33,218 nt of DNA from Octopus bimaculoides (Eukaryota). Positions 33,022 through 33,218 of this stretch are shown here, piece after piece. The notes beneath the pieces were generated by a model. The model ran no database searches. It was given only the letters and a program-made list of their open reading frames with translations, and had not been told where the DNA came from. Position numbers and translations under genes: made by a program. Positions within the stretch are counted from its first letter, which is position 1, and every line of letters starts with the position of its first letter. The DNA is taken from contig NC_068999.1 of the NCBI RefSeq assembly GCF_001194135.2, forward strand, positions 9,967,930 through 10,001,147. Direction: 5' to 3'.

Positions 33022-33218
33022 GAGTGAGAGAGCAATGCATGACATCAGAGTGACACTGGGGTAAAATATACGAAGCCCAGTATACCCATCATGACCACCC
33101 GTCTGATAAGGGTACACCAGGCACATGCATCACAACCATATGTGTGCGACATGGCGATCTCATATCAAGATAAACAGTGCATGACCTCGCAGGTGGGGCC
33201 CAGTTAGAATTTTCTTCA
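33022..33218 (-). mobile_element. Probable 3' end of an abundant octopus non-LTR retroelement terminating in (TAA)n (runs off the window)
   Basis: A GC-richer unique sequence (GAGTGAGAGAGCAATGCATGACATCAGAGTGACACTGGGGTAAAATATACGAAGCCCAG...) abuts an (ATT)n tail. I recognise it from memory as a high-copy octopus repeat; the clade is not determinable from this fragment. Confidence 0.55.

Noticed and set aside
1-33218. CRISPR arrays, rRNA, bona fide tRNA genes, prokaryotic operons
   Set aside because: None seen. The tRNA-like A/B boxes belong to SINE heads, and the repeats are simple microsatellites without spacers.

Overview
Eukaryotic, AT-rich, microsatellite-saturated draft-assembly sequence with 14 N-gaps (about 3.9 kb in total, nearly all flanked by simple repeats). 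The SINE families I recognise suggest an octopod cephalopod (Octopus-like) genome, and the window looks intronic or intergenic. I can support no intact host protein-coding gene: the long ORFs in the track are read-throughs of N-gaps or of di- and tri-nucleotide repeats. Supported content: two decayed mariner (DD34D) copies, one internally deleted; a decayed Tc1 (DD34E) transposase; a 261-bp Tc1/mariner MITE with TA target duplications; a Helentron-associated (HINE/DINE-1-like) non-autonomous element; several tRNA-derived SINE copies or fragments; and a probable non-LTR retrotransposon 3' end at a (TAA)n array. The most interesting signal is an intact minimal type I hammerhead ribozyme (30148-30192) with a palindromic stem III, heading a hairpin-rich ~210-nt module between (TA)n arrays. 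Other unexplained structure includes a 57-nt cloverleaf (11393-11449), a perfect 36-bp inverted repeat (20359-20504), a palindromic homeodomain-site cluster (7968-8107) and several candidate splice signals on the + strand. All family assignments come from recall and manual alignment, not from database searches.
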